Assembly: GCA_013265495.1 (NCBI GenBank)
Contig: MU058010.1
Location: 285,145-349,144 of the forward strand
Length of the DNA: 64,000 nt
Reading direction: 5' to 3'
Source: Vicugna vicugna
Lineage: Eukaryota
The stretch's first letter is position 1. Each line of letters begins with the position of its first letter. Below the pieces are notes generated by a model. It made no database searches. It was not told the DNA's origin and saw only the letters and a program-made list of their open reading frames with translations. Shown here one piece after another: positions 13,011 through 27,548 of the stretch. The position numbers and the translations under genes are program-made.

Positions 13011-15057
13011 TTCTTTTTCTTAAAGAATGATTCCAGAATAATTGGAGAATTAGCCTGGAATAGTTTTTAGTCTTTTTAAAAATCCTCATATATTTGTCTG
13101 TATATGTATTGCTTAACTGGAAACTAAAAAGGTGACTTTGCCTTAGTCAACATCAATGAATCCCCCAAATGGTAACAGGATACCTAAGTCATTTGTTTTG
13201 TTTTTAAACAGTCACAGCTTAGAAATGACCTTAGCTTTCTAAAGTGAAAGAAATTTTTGTCAAGTATATTACATACACAGGGTTCCATTAATTCAGTAAA
13301 CGGCATTCAGAAAGCAATATATTTGATAGTTAATTACTCCAAGTGGTGCCAGTGATCAGAAGGGACACCCACTTGTAATGCAGGGAAACTGTGTAATGGT
13401 TACGCTGAAGAATGTCTGCCCAAGTGTGAGGACAGAAGTAATTGATGAAAGGAAGAGTCTCATATATCTTCCTCAGGCTTAGAAGGAGCAGCTTGTGGAA
13501 AGCTGAGAAAGCATTGTGACTATTCAAGCAACTACGTGAAGAGGGCTAAGTATGGGGATAAGACTTTCAATTTGATAATTTGAGGTCAAGGATTATGTGT
13601 CAGCAGACATGTATATTTTATGTTACATTCCTTTGGGGCATTTGTGTGTACATTTTTTTTTTTTTTGCTGTCCCTCTCACCACCTTAGTCTTTAAAATTT
13701 GGAATGTAATATTTGCAGTGTAGATTATTTTTCCCCCAACTAAAACTGCAGGGGAATTTACATCCAGTGTGAATTTCTCAGTCATTATGTGAAAAGTCTA
13801 ATGTAATAGAGCACATATTTCTGAAAAAATGTCCGCTGATGCTTTTAGCACTTGCATGCCCCCATTTACCACTTACAAAGCAGGACACTCTTCTTACCAG
13901 CACCCTCCCTGTCTCAACGTGGCAGCACCATTCTTCTCCAGAACGTGCCCCATGTTGGCCAGAGGCCACTGGGAGACAGTTTGCTCTGATGTTTCCAAAC
14001 CCTTTGTGTCCATTCACTCCTCAGGCCCTTCTCCCCAGCCCACTTCTGTCTTTGGGATGAAGAGGGCAGCATACCCTGTACAGTTGAATCTACAATCTGA
14101 TCTCCTACAAAATCTCCGTTGGCCCAAAAAGGGCTCTTTTTCTCTCCTGTGTCTAAGGCTTTGTTCTTAGATTATAATCTGAATCTTTCCATTCTGCTGC
14201 TGATTGTGGGATCCTGTCCTCAGTTTTATTGAGTTAAAGGAAAGTTCTGCAAATGCATTAAAATTCTTTCTCCTCTAAGTACTCATTTCTTATAATTGAA
14301 CCATATAGCTTTCAAGACTTTTGTCTCACCGTAGATATTAACAGAAATCTAATTTTATACTCAGTGTTGAGGAATGACCTCTTCTAAGTGTTATCTTTCC
14401 CCTAGAGGGAATAAATGCCATTGATCCTGAAATGGCAAAGCTAGAGGGAAAAATCTCAGGAAAGAGAAGAAAATTAATCTTTGGTTATCATCTCTAATTA
14501 TTATCTGGCTCTACTTTGTCTACAGAGTAGAGTGACTCTCCGCCTTAAATTCCATTCAATTCTCCTGTCATCACATTAGCAGTTTCTACTGATGGGAGGA
14601 CTAGATAGGCTTCAAACGGCCAGGGCGGTAAAATTTCCAGAGTGGAAATAAGCACGTGAAGAGGAGTCCAGAATCCTGATGTGTACTTGCCAGACTCTTA
14701 GTCTCACTCTGCTTCGGACTCCTTATTGTAAAATGAGATTTTTATTAGATGATTTTCTGCTTTCCATTTTAATTGGAAGATAAAAGATCTGAAGCTTTCA
14801 GAAATTCCGGAAATCAATTGATACATGAATTTGACGCTCCTAGCACAAAGTAAAATAATCTTAAGAATCGAACTACGATTTACTAGAACATTTTAAAGAT
14901 TAAGAATTTTGACATGCACCAGGGAGTCCCAATTAATAGGTGTTCCTAGATGTCAAAAGTGTTGTTCTGTTTAGTATTTCATTTCCTGTTCTGCACTGGC
15001 TTGTTGGTATATGTCTTTTGATCATTAACTTTTACTGCCTGACATTTTCATGAAGCA

Positions 15058-15169
15058 TTTAAACTAGAGATAGTTTTTAATTAGTAAGGTTAGATAGTTT
15101 ATAGTAAGTGATATTTCAGTTCCTGTAAAGATTCTTCTCCACTAAGATGTTAATGCTTCTCTGCTCAAG
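15058..15169 (+). repeat. Local direct duplication B, copy 1
   Basis: Colinear with 15747-15861, with scattered substitutions. Confidence 0.9.
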
Positions 15170-15746
15170 TGTCAGGTGGCCCAACATAATTGTGAAGTAA
15201 TTGAGTTTAAAGTGAGATTCTCTAATAAGATTTAAGTCACTGCATTCCCATTAATAAAAGGTTTCTTCCCTTCCCCTTTCACAGATGGTTCTGTTAAGTA
15301 CTTTCTTTTTTTCTTTTTGAATAGCACATTTGGTTAGTCTGCTAAAGGTAAGATGTTTTTTGGGAGTCAGGCTTGAAGACATTGGGAAATTGTGATTTTA
15401 TAAAAAGCCTGCAACTCTAAATATAGACATCAGGGAGGAGGTGGAAATGTTGTTCATCTTAAAGTCTTAGGAATTTTTGTTGGTCTTTGGAGATCATAAA
15501 GCATCAGGGAATTCTGAATCCAATCTTGGGTCAGCCCTCCTTTTTCCTTGGTAAGATTACACAATGAGACCACAGCATAGGAAGATAAAATGCCATTTTA
15601 CTGAGGTGGGTTTTGTCTGAATACGCTCATTAGGACTCTGATCTTGGGTGAGTGGTTTGAAGCTAAGACCTAAGTTGCCTCCTTCTCCAGAACCCAGTGT
15701 TGTACTTTACCCACGTACTAGCTGCCTAGGTGGGGCAGTGACCAGC

Positions 15747-15861
15747 TTTAAATTAGAGACAGTTTTTAATTAGCAGGGTCAGATAGTTTACAGTAAGTTG
15801 TATTTCAGTTCCTGTAAAGATTTTTTTTCTCCACAAAGACATTAATACTTCTCTGCTCAAG
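15747..15861 (+). repeat. Local direct duplication B, copy 2
   Basis: Colinear with 15058-15169. Confidence 0.9.
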
Positions 15862-16434
15862 GGATAAGAAGAAGGTGGGAAAAGGAACTGAATCTCCTTT
15901 TGTATAAAAGTCCACCCTTGCTTCCTCACTTGTCACCTCTGATTACAGAGTAGTCGACGTGGGCTACCATGTTCTTAGAAATCTGAGAGCTGGACGTGAC
16001 AGTCAAGAAAATGGAAATGTGACTGGGTATTTGAAACAATTGCCCAAGCATTAAATTCCTTTTACAATTTGGAGGGCTGATCCAGGGTGAGGGGTAAGAG
16101 AGGAAGGATTCTTTTGTTGCAGCCTTATCTATACTGTCAGATAAGGAGTCAAAGCGAGTCAAACCAGTGTATGTGTGTGGGGGTCTTGGGCAGTGAATAA
16201 GCACCATCTTGGCCTCACCAGTTCTTGGAAAAGTGGGAAAGACCAGATTCCAGTTTGGACTGGTTCGAGAATTTTGGGATCACTCAGATTTCTGTCTCTT
16301 CATTAAAAAAAACAAAACAAAACACTGATTGTCCTCATTCCTACATATATTTTAAAATCAAGGAGAGGTCAGATTGACATTATTAAAATAAAAAAAAGGT
16401 TTGAAATCCAGACTTAATGAGAATTTCTTCGTAT

Positions 16435-16670
16435 TTTTTAAACTGTAGTTAATTTATAGAACATAACATTTTACAATTTACATTATTTCTAAGCATACCT
16501 AAGCATTTCTAAGCATTTAAATATATTCTAAGCATACTTTGTCATTAAATACATTCACATTGTGGCACAGCCAGCACCACTGTCCATCTCTAGAACTTTT
16601 TCATTTTCCCCAGCTCACACTCTGTACCCATTAAGCACTGACTCCCAGTTTTCTTATCCCCCAAGTAAAT
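16435..16670 (-). mobile_element. L1MB-like 3' fragment
   Basis: cattaaatacattcacattgtggcacagccagcaccactgtccatctctagaacttttt...ctctgtacccattaag. Confidence 0.7.
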
Positions 16671-19600
16671 ACATTTTTTAAAACATTTCCCCAGTCACAG
16701 TATAATGTGAGCCCCCCTCCCCCCCTTCCCTTCTTTAATTACTTCCCTGTAGTAGGAAGGCGCGTATGGGACATTTGAGTAACATCTAGGGAAGGTGATA
16801 TGCTGGCAAACAGGTGTGTTACGGGAGCCAGGAATTTTATATGGCAATGTTGGATCTATGAATTATGAGATCTAAGCGTTAAGGGATGATAATGTAGATT
16901 CACAGCTGTCAAAAGCCCAGATTAAAAAAAAAAATAGTCCCAAGCTCAGGTAGTTATGGGACAGAAATTAGCTCTGAATAGTTGATTTTAGAGAATCGAC
17001 CAGGCAAATAATGGGGCTCCATTTAGGTACAACTGGAGACCAGAAAGATCTGGAACATTGGCAGCATCCAGGAACACAGAGGGATAAAGTTTCAATAACT
17101 GAGAAATTGGGGAAATAACTTGGATTTTCAACTGAGTTATCAAGAGATAAGAATGGGAAATCAGAGGGATAGGATAGCTACTTATCAGAAAGGCTGTGTA
17201 ATAAAGGTTGAATTGAATTGAACAAACACCTAGGTATTGTCTCCATGTTCTCTTCCCCACACTGTCTCCTGCACATGCATACACACACACTCTAAAGCAT
17301 TTTTTGATCACTGTCTGTCTATCTGTACATACCCTTTCCCAGGGCAATGCTAAGCCCATAGGTAGAGACAAGTCCAAAGTTTTTCTAGTAGGGATGGAGT
17401 ACCAGAGCTTCATTTTTCTAACACTAGAATAAATGTTAATGTGAAATTTGTGTTGATGCTCCACACTCTGATGAGTTGGGTTTTTTGTTTTTTTGTTTGT
17501 TTGTTTGTTTGTTTGTTTGTTTGCAAAAATAAAAGAGCATGAAGAATGGAAGCAGGCTGTCATTGAACAGAATTGTAAGATTCTGCTTCTTAAACTTGCG
17601 ATTCTCAGTATTTGGAAATAATGGTCATTGTTATATCTGACCACATTTCTTCTATCCAGTTTTGGATAATCACCCAGGCCATTTGGATGAAACTCTGTGT
17701 TATGTCCCTCCCCTTCCACTGATACACCAGGGATGATCTGCTTCCTGTTTCATATGGCATTGCTTTGTATCTGTTAGTTAATATAATTTATTGTTACTTT
17801 TTCTATACCCAGGTTGCTTAGACCTGTGTGTACAAGTACTAAAAATTTGGCTTATTAAGCCTTTCCATTCCACAGCATGCTAGACACCCTGAATTTCCTG
17901 TGTCCTCATTTGGATTTAATCCTTCTTTTAAATTAGGAATGTACACTAAGTTCTCATTCTTTTTATAATAGGTTTTTTTCCCCTTCAGTAGATTCTCTTG
18001 TGTATGCATTAGCATGTTACGCATTAACTTTTAGTCTTTGCTTTGTAATTTCTTTTAGCAGAGATATATTTCTACTTTCTAATATCATCAGAGGATGTAT
18101 GAGAGTAGGTTGTATTGGTAAAAACAACAGTTAGAAAAAAGATTTTTTGTAAATACATATATTATTCCATGACTGGGAAACAACACCATTCAGAGAGAAT
18201 TCATAGGGGGCAGAAAGATTCCTTCTTATGGGGAGATTTTGAGGAGGATACATAACAAAAAATGTAGGCATGTTTTTATGAGATGTTGTGATGAGTCAGA
18301 AAGATCATGTGAGAACAGGCTTCCGTTTTCTTTTAGCTGAGTGTTTTAACTTTTTCCTGATTCCTTTTGGTTTCCTCCCTCATACTTATTGTCCATTCAA
18401 TCAAATCTCATTTCAATTTGTAACTAATTTAATTAAAACAATTAACACTAAGATATACATGATAAATAGGCTTACCTGTCTCAGGGTTATTTTCCTCCCC
18501 AATGCACAGCTTATTAAGTTAAAAAAATGTCGAGTATGTGATTTTCAAAGATCTCGATATTTTATTTGTTTTGAATTCCTGTTTTTCTGCTCTCTTACTC
18601 TTTGATCATGAAAGGGTGTTTACACGCAAGGGAGCCTCAAGAAAGTGGTTCTTTTAGTTTGTAGTGGTAGTACTTTTGAGATGAGCAAAATTGCTAATTT
18701 CTATGGTTACAAATGTCCTTAGAGATCAAGCAATTTTTATAACGTAAATTTGATCAGTTTGTTACTTAAAATAGGAAAAAACAGATGGGGAATACTTCTA
18801 GGTCACGTATGTAGAAATCATTGTCATTTTGGAGTATATACTTTGAAACTATTTATAAAATGTATCCCTAATACCTTAATAATCCTTTTGTACATTTGGT
18901 AATGGTTTAAAAAAAAAATCTAGCTACAACTCTAATTAAAGGCTTGTTAAGTAGTGAAATCCTTCTCCCTTATCCATGTAGGACTTGAGTTGTAGAGAGA
19001 AGTCCTTCAGGAATACTTGTTTTATAACCTTGTCTTCTAATCACCTAAAGAGAAAGGTGTATTTATTTGCTGTACTTTTGAGGATTGCTGTAGTTGAAAT
19101 CATCTATTTCATAAAATTTTCTTTAATGCTTCATCTACTCTTCTTATATATTATATAATTCTTAGCGTTGAATTGCCAAACAGACATCTTTTTGCTAGTG
19201 GAATGTTCTGATTAGTTATGGCAGTCATATATTAATATTTGAATAGAAAAATAACCTGTTTCTCCCCTATTTATTTATTTATTTGCAGTTAGGTACATAG
19301 CCATTTATTTATGTGCCTAGAAATATTAAACTGGGTTTGACAGATCAGATATGACTAAAGCTATTTATACAATTACAGTTTTCACTGCCAAAGTGTTTAC
19401 TTTGATATTTTGCCAAGGACGTATGCCAACTTAAAAAATTCCAATTTATTCCAGGTTTTCACTTTTCCCTACATATTCTGTATCTTCTGCCTTCAAGCTG
19501 CCTAAATCTTCTTTGAACCCGTATTGTGCTGTCACAACCACCAACAGTAGTAACTCTCAGAAATCTATTATCTTTCCTCAGCCATTCTCTTGTTCTCAGA

Positions 19601-22600
19601 TCCTGCCCCTGACACTCCCAAGTCCATTCCATTCACATTGTGTAGCTGGAGCACTTAGCCTCATCCCAAGGGAGCCACCATGTGAGGGTGGTTATGGGTG
19701 AATTCTTGACTTCGCCTTTGGAACTATAGTTTTGTTCCCATAGATTTAAATCCTGCTCATTGTGTTCAGGAGACCAAGCATGTCTCTTCATTGCCCAGGT
19801 CCAGTCACCACCTCACTTACCTCCCAGCGAACGTGTGCACAGAGGGAAAATTCCATCACCTGTAAAGCTTAGGGAGTTACCCTTCTCTTACCTGCTTGGT
19901 TGCAGACTGTTTTCCTCATGCGGTTTCCCTGCCCCCGAGCCGCTCTGGGCCTGTGTGTGTGGCAGTCAGGGTTCTTGTCTGGGTTCTGGTCCCAGCCGAG
20001 CCCTTTGTGTGACCTTGCACAAGTGTATTTTCTCTACTTAGGTTTCCTCACAGATAGAATGAGGTGGTTAAACTTCATGTTCAAGGGCTGTATGAGTCTA
20101 AAATTTTGACCCTATAAATTTTTGATACTCTTTATCGGTCTCTAAGAACCTCAATAGTTAGAAAGCAGGGAAGAAAAATAATCACAATTATGCAAATAAT
20201 CTCTAGTTCATAGCTCTCTGCCTACCCCCACCTTTCACCCCATTTGAAGGTTGTGGGAGGCCTCAGATTCCGTTTCCTAATTACATGATTTATGTTGGCT
20301 TTATTTCTGTAGTTGAGATGATTTTTATTGGCTTCTCTCAGTGTCATAGAGAAGGGTTACTTAATCAGGTGTACTTCCTTTTATCCTTTGAAGGCTGGTG
20401 TTATAATAATCTAACGAACAAAAGATAATTTATTTGAAATGTATAACATGTAAAATTTAATAGCATTTGTGCTAAATAAGAACCTGAAAAAATTAAAATG
20501 CTTAGTATTTTAGAAACACACTGTCATAAGATACATTTAACCAAGAAGCACTGATAAAAAATAGAATAAAAAATTATTAGTAACATTTACTGATTTCAAA
20601 TACTCAGTTATGGAAAGAGAAAACTCTGGTATTTATTACGTTTTGTACCTCTACCAGCTACTTACACGTTCAGACTGCATATTCTAGAATTTTTTGCAGT
20701 GGTTAAATAATCTACTATAAAATTTATGTGAAACCTTATTCCTTAAAAAAGGTCATATTTTTAATCAATCTGATTAGAACATAATGGGAAACGAACTGGA
20801 AGAAGATGTATAACCATGTACCATGGAACTATGATTTTTAATGGAAAATTTAGGATGAAAGAAAAGATTTTGAAAGGAGATTTTTTTATATAATTTTGCT
20901 GCTATTTTTGAAACTTTGAAAATAGAAAAAGAATAAAGAGAAAATGTAATTAAAAAAGACTTTTCCTGTTCATGGCTCTCAGCAACACAGAAAATTGTGT
21001 CATCTTTGACTTTATTCTGACATAAAACCCTTATAAAATGCAGCATATGCCGTGTTAGTGATCAGAACCACTCTCGAACGGTATTAGTCTTTGCTCGGAA
21101 AAATGCAGCCTTATACAACATCTCTAGGAAGTGAGATTAAATGTAGTCTTCTAATGGCAAAAAAAATCTAGATCATAAGTATAGATGGCTCTAACAATCT
21201 GAGTTTATGATTCATCTTATACTTGAGAAAAGCTAGTCTTTTAGTGAAAGTGTATTGGTAGTGGGTTTAGAAGAGGAGCTCCACCGGTGGATGGGAAGAG
21301 TCTAAAATGTGCTCTCCTCTGGGCTCCTGAGTTGCAGTCAGGCACTCTGATTCTTGTTCCTTATTTTTCTGGCTCTGCAGAGGGTAGGGGAAGGTTACAG
21401 GAAGGTAATTATCATTTCACTTCATTCTCACAAGTCCGTAGAGGGCCAGAGCCCGCAGGCCATGGATGAGGGATGTAAGCCACAGTGGGCTCAGTGGCTG
21501 CTGCCTAGTGGGGCTGGGATGTGGAGCCTGGTGTTAAGATTGCAAGCCTGAGTTCCCTGCATAACCTTGCACTCTCACTCCTGGTTGGTATTTCAGACAC
21601 TGTTGGCCTGGGTAACTGAAATAGGATTTTGTGTAAAAATTTCATTCCCGCTAAACAGCCTTGTTTATTCTTATTCCTCTTTAATGCATCCTTAAATTGT
21701 TGCCAACATTTGTATCCTGCTTTATCAGTGACCTTTGCATAAACATTTTCACTGGTTTTGCTCTGATTTGAGGCAGTCCATTATCTGGCTGCATTTTTTT
21801 TTTCTAACAGTACTTTTCATTATTTCTCAGTATGAAAGATTTCATCCAAATCAGTCTATTTGGATAATGGACTGATTATCTGGTTTCATGTCAACAGAAG
21901 CATATTTCTACTTTTTTTTAAAAATCCTGTTTTCCATCTTAGAACATTCTGTTTCTCCCAATCCCTTTACCCATATTCTGCTGACTATTTCAGGTGCATC
22001 TTTCCCCAACCATCCTTTGACTACATAGTAGCAGAGAAGAGAGGAGAAAACCATGATTTCATTGCAATATGAGTATACTGATGTATTAAGCTCAATAAGA
22101 GTCTAATTTTTAATTTGTATAAAAAAGCAGAATTGGTTAAAATTGCTCCAGTCTCTGATTTGCAGGTGGACGTGGTCACAATTTCTAGATAAACTTTTTT
22201 TTTTTAATGTGACATGTAACATTTCACAACTAGTGGAAAGAATATTGGAGTCAAAGTGTAGTGATCCTCATTCTTTTATCAGATCTGTTGCTTGGAGACA
22301 CTTACCCTAAGCATTATTTTTCTCATCATGATTATGATGATGATGATGGTAGTCACAGTAATAGTATGACTCTTACAAGAATTATACAAGGAAGTGTTGA
22401 GTGCGATGCCTAGTAGATGTTTAGTCAATATTAAGTAAAATTTTTAATCAAAATTTAAGTTTAAGGTTAGCAGATTCTTTGACTTTTTTCTTTTTGTTGG
22501 CTAGAAAATGTTCAGAATGTGACAGGTTACTGGTGTTGAGAAATAAACCGATTAAAAGAAAATTAGAACCAGCCCCTTTCTTGGGGATAAAGGTAGGAAA

Positions 22601-23029
22601 ATAAAATATAATTTTGAAAAAGTAAAGAATTACCATTTGGTTAGGTTACGGAAAAGAAGTCCACTAATAATTTTATTAGCCTTCATCTGAAAATTTTAAC
22701 CAATATAACAATACAAGAAAAAGGTTTAAATAAAAGGAAATAAATATGTCATTGTTTGCTAGTACCTGGAGAATGTATGCCAGTCTGTAGAATAATTATT
22801 AGGACTGATACCTGCATCTCCATTCCAAGTTTCTCTTCTCCACATCTGTACATCTCCCTGCCTCTTGTACCTGACCATGTGGATATACAAGAGCTCCTCA
22901 AACTGAACATGTTTAAAACTGAACTAGTTCAGAACTGACTCTCATTTGTTGATGAATTAAATAAACAGCACCATCATCAGCTGCCTGGTTGATTAAACCT
23001 GAGTGTCCCCTTCTTTCTTTAGTCTGCAG

Positions 23030-24410
23030 GTACGTATTACATGCATACAATACATCCAACAGACATCTGTTGGGCACCTGCTGTCTTCTGCGCTTGGTGC
23101 TAAGTGTACAATGCTGAACAAAGTTCCTGCCTCTGAGGACTTGCTTTCTAATGGGGGAAGAGAGACAATATCAAATTTATGTTATGCGAGGAGTAAGTGC
23201 CTTGGAGGAGAAAAAAGGGTAGAGTGACAGTGATAAGGAATACTAGACAGGGTTAAGGGTGGTGTTCTATATAAGGCAGTAAGGAAAGTAAACCTTTTCC
23301 ATTAAGGCTTAACAGGCATCTTCTGCTACACTGTGGTGAAGGGACTGCAGGTGTCAAGCTTAGAGGTGGGGAGACCGTTTAGAAAGCAATTGTGATCCAG
23401 GTGAGCGTGGACAGCAGCCACAAACGGGGGAGTATGGTAGCCATGGATAAGGTGAGGGGGAGCCTATTTTAGTGAGCATTTATTTCAGAGTCATAATTGA
23501 CCAGATTCACTGATGGTTGAGATGTAGGTTTGGGTTAATAGAAAGGATGACTTGAGAAATTGCAATAAGAGCATTCCCATTTTTAAGATGAGAAAACTGT
23601 GGGAAACAAAGCATAGAGTTGTATGAGTGTTGGTTTTGGGCATGTGAAGTTGAAGGTGCCCGTTAGACATCCAATAGAGACCCGAGAGTAGGCAGTTGGG
23701 TGGTCAATTCGGGACTTAGGAGATGGATCTGGACTGGATTTTGCTTTGTGGGGCTCAGCCATTATCTGCACCCTCATGGCTGCTGCTCTGGGTAAGCGCC
23801 CCCTTTCTTCTCATTTAGATTATTGCAGCTCCCTTCTGTCTGCCCTTCTACTATTTTGCCATTCTTTCAGTTCACCTTCAGTAGACTGAGTTTTTTCTAA
23901 AATGTAGTTCATTTGATGTCCCTCTCATACTTAAACTTCAGGGGCTCCACGTTGCTCCCAGGATAAAAGCCATACTTCTTCTCATGGCTTAAAAGGTCTT
24001 GTGTGATGTGGTGCCAGATTAATTTCTGGTGGTGTTTATTTCCACCCAATATTCTCTACTCTTACTATTTTCATTTCTTTTTGTGCCTTTCACATTCTTG
24101 CAGAACCTGAAACTATCCTATTATCTGTGTCCTTACTTTTCCCATCCTAAAACTTTTTCACCTGCTTAACTCCTTTTCTCTTTCTAGTTTTTGTTTAGAT
24201 ACCATTCACTCCATGAAGACTATCCCTGATGAACATGGATTAAATTTCTTTAATCTCCTGTGGTTTTTACCAAAACACTGTGTGTTGTAATTGCCATTTA
24301 CTTGCGGTCACCTTGTTTGGTTTTTAAATTCTGTGAGGCCAAGATGTCTCCAGTTTGTCTCACAAAGTTGGTGCCTGATAAATATTTCTTATTTGAATGA
24401 AAGAATAAGT
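23030..24410. mobile_element. Cluster of L2 fragments (minus about 23030-23760, plus about 23770-24410)
   Basis: ttttgggcatgtgaagttgaaggtgcccgttagacatcca (antisense L2), then a sense L2 ending atttgaatgaaagaataag. Confidence 0.6.
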
Positions 24411-24449
24411 AAGTAAAGTGACTGATTATAAAATTTATAAGCAATTTTT

Positions 24450-25080
24450 CATATATGTATATGCTATATAGAACATAGCAGTTTCTGTATTCCAGCAGTA
24501 ACTAGTTACAAAGTATAACGGGAAAAGGAAGAATTAACCAACACCCACAGAAACCTATGAGTATAATAGAGTTACCTAGGGCACCTAACACCAACAATAA
24601 ACAGACAGGATGCCTATGAAGAATGCTGCATTAAGCTGAAAAATTATAGACACATGCTTATGATTAGGACGTTTGGAAATTGTCAACCTATCAAATTTCC
24701 CTGAATCTGTTCACAAATGCCTTGCAATTCAAATACAATTCAAATGGATTTTATTTTTGGAACTTTGGATTTACTCTAAGGCTCATGTGGGAAAGTATAT
24801 GAGACAGGTGAATAAAGTTTAGAAAAGGAAGAAAACTAACTTGAACAGCCAATTAATAAGATATGTCATAGATCCCACAGTACTTAAGACAGAGCGATTG
24901 TAGCACAGGAGAAGTACGTAGAACAGAATCAGAAACCCAGAAAAAACAAGTAAGTTTAGACTAAAAGTGTAATGTAAAATCAGGTGAAAAAGATGGCTGA
25001 TTATCCACAAAATGGTACAGAGATAATTAGTTGATAAATATAAAATCTGATCTCTATCTCACACTAGATACCAAAGCATG
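24450..25080 (+). mobile_element. Highly diverged L1 ORF2 fragment
   Basis: Recognisable degenerate ORF2 C-terminal DNA (gaacagaatcagaaacccagaaa; tgatctctatctcacactagataccaaa). Confidence 0.6.
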
Positions 25081-26023
25081 TAATTATAATATTTTCTGAT
25101 ATAAAAAGAATTTAACTGTAATGTACCATCTTATATAGAAAGATGGTTTTTGAAGTTCTTTTTCCTCGGCATTAGTGGTTTATTAGTGATTTATTGCTTA
25201 CATATCTAACTAAGCAATTTGCTCCGTTGCTCTTTGTTATCAAGACCCTAATTTTGTAAAGATGACTGAGTTTCATCAGAAGTGCTGTCCATGTATGCAA
25301 AGAGGAGAGGTGACAAGAGCACTTTATTGGTCACAGCTGTTAACCTTGACTGTCATGTACTATATTGTAGCTGCAGTTCACGTGTTGTTTAGCGTGATGT
25401 AGTTATTCTCTTACTTGTTTGTTAGCAAGGATAGAGAGGTGAAATGCATTTGCTGATTTTTAAAAGCTCAGAGGAAATAAATTGAGCGTCGAAATCCGAA
25501 TATTTTTCAAAGATTGGGAAAACAAATAGTAAACATTCTACTCTTCCTGCTTTACATGAACTATATTTTTAAATAAACAGGGTATATCAGGTATATCAAA
25601 CATAAAATAGCTGTGTGTTTGTCTTTGTTCAGGACTTTTAGAGCTACCTTCTTAACCTACCTAAGTGTAAGTGCATTCACTTTTATAATTATATACTGTA
25701 CGCTGCTCGCATGAGCCAGGTGTACTTATTCTTGCATCTGATGGTGTTGGTTTCCATAGTGTACATCAGCTTTATTTTTGTTTTTTTCTGTTAGACCTTT
25801 AAATATTTACTCTTAGTAGTTTTTCTAGGGTAAGAGCTGCCAGTCCCTATCTGGAATAGTGTAGGTCTTAGGATATCTTTTTTTTTTTATTTTTAAATTT
25901 TCATAACTATGTAATTTAAACAATATATGTCTTTTTTAGATTCTTTGATGACAGAAAGTTCCCTGTGTTTTGGCAGTTGAGTGCCTTACCATCCTTAACA
26001 TGGCTCTATCCTTGGTTTTACAG

Positions 26024-26119
26024 AAAAAAGAGAAGAGGAAGATTTTGAAGAGAAGAAATTTCTTAAGAAAAAAATTAAAGAACTTAAATTTCTAGATTCT
26101 AAAATTGCCCAGAACCTTT
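26024..26119 (+). CDS. DIAPH3: DIAPH3 internal coding exon (FH2 domain), 96 nt, phase 1-1
   Basis: Acceptor ...ggttttacAG|, donor |GTAAGT. Translates (E)KREEEDFEEKKFLKKKIKELKFLDSKIAQNL(S), matching the recalled DIAPH3 FH2 segment KKKIKELKFLDSKIAQNLS. In frame with the next exon. Confidence 0.96.
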
Positions 26120-26409
26120 GTAAGTATCAGATTTCAATACTATTAAATTAGCAAAACACGCTGGAGGTAGTGCATTTCGTTTTCTTTATGACTTGGTTTT
26201 CATTTTATGTTATTTTAATTTCATTGTTATTATTTGTAATAAATTCAAAGATAGTTTTCCTTTCCTTTAGGTAAAGGAACTTTTGGTAAATTATGAGTTA
26301 ATTTCTTCAAAAGATTAATGTGTAGTAGAAAGATAAAACTAAGAAAAGGATTTAGAATAAAAATATATTTCCCATAACTGAAAAGAGAGCTACCCATTAA
26401 AGTCTTTCT

Positions 26410-26474
26410 TTTAACAATAAAGAATTAAGGAATTAGGTGATTACATCATAATTTAAAAATTGGTAGTGGATTAT
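26410..26474 (+). repeat. Local direct duplication C, copy 1
   Basis: 65 bp matching 27549-27613 with two substitutions. Confidence 0.93.
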
Positions 26475-27074
26475 TTTTTTTTATACCTCTGAATCTCTAT
26501 TATTTGTGATACTCAGTCACACACAGAGGACATTGGACTGTTAATGGGAATGAGGATGATGAGTGAAATGAATTCCATTATACCATCTGAGAGTTCAAAG
26601 CCTTGCCTTGAAAGTACTGACTGGAAGTGTTTTAGATGTAATTACTGTTACAGTGGCTAAATATCTAGTATTGAATTGTCCTCCTGACTGAATTACTGTG
26701 GAAGAGGGCAAATAGTTTTGCTTCTGACTCATTTCTAACTACATCTTCAATGCATCAGAGCTAGTTCTGCTTGGAACTGAGATAATATGATCTGTACTTA
26801 TTACTCTCTGATGCGAGGGAGAAAATGTGGAGTCTAGAGGCATGAAGTGCTAACGTGGCTTTTAGTCTGCCTTTCAATTATCACATGCCTCAAGTGAGCT
26901 TTTAGCAAGTATTGGGCCAAAAATAGTTATTGGTGAGAGAATAAAGATTATTGCTATTGATTAAAGAGGGAGTTAAGTTTGAGCAGGACATTCCTTTTGT
27001 GAAACCTCTGGTACCTCTTCCTTTCCGACTCACTGTAACGGAGAGCCATGTCTCTTCTGCAGATCCCCATGGAT

Positions 27075-27430
27075 AGTGTGCAGACAGTAGTGCTGTTGGC
27101 CAATGCACAGTTCTCTATTTCTGGGCACAAGCTGATTGCACATAGCTGCCTCTTTCAAGTTAGGCATTGCCATGTGGCTTGCTTGGGCCAATGGAAAGTA
27201 TAAGTGGAGATGAGGTATCTCGTGTGTGGAAGCATTGATTGCTGGTGGGAGCAGCTTCGTCATTCTCCCCTACACCCAGAGTGTCGTTCATCATCCTGAT
27301 GTGAGGGTCCTAAGTTAGAGAGCCCGTCTTTCTGGTGTGTTATGGACATGTAATCTGAATTAGAATATTTTTCCAGGGTGGGGGCTGGGGGTTAGATCAG
27401 TGAAATTTTGGGATTTGTTATGTGATACAA
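27075..27430 (+). mobile_element. Old MaLR LTR (MLT1I/J-like)
   Basis: gcctctttcaagttaggcattgccatgtggcttgcttgggccaatggaaagtataagtggagatg motif. Confidence 0.55.
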
Positions 27431-27548
27431 CTATTTCAGGGCATTTCCCCCTTAAAGGAACATTGTCTGTTCAAAATATTAGGAATTTTATATCTAAAAT
27501 ATTAAATATTAGAAATTGACTTAGATAATGTCAGAAAGTTCTGTACTC

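Noticed and set aside
16485..16540. Short repeats of (tt)ctaagcat, and similar micro-duplications near 55960-55995 and 58790-58835
   Set aside because: These are ordinary slippage-scale duplications with irregular spacing, not an array.
16988..17719. 243-aa minus-strand ORF, the longest non-L1 ORF
   Set aside because: It starts at a non-ATG codon, runs through (TTTG)n and (CA)n repeats and has no recognisable domain. Most likely a chance ORF.
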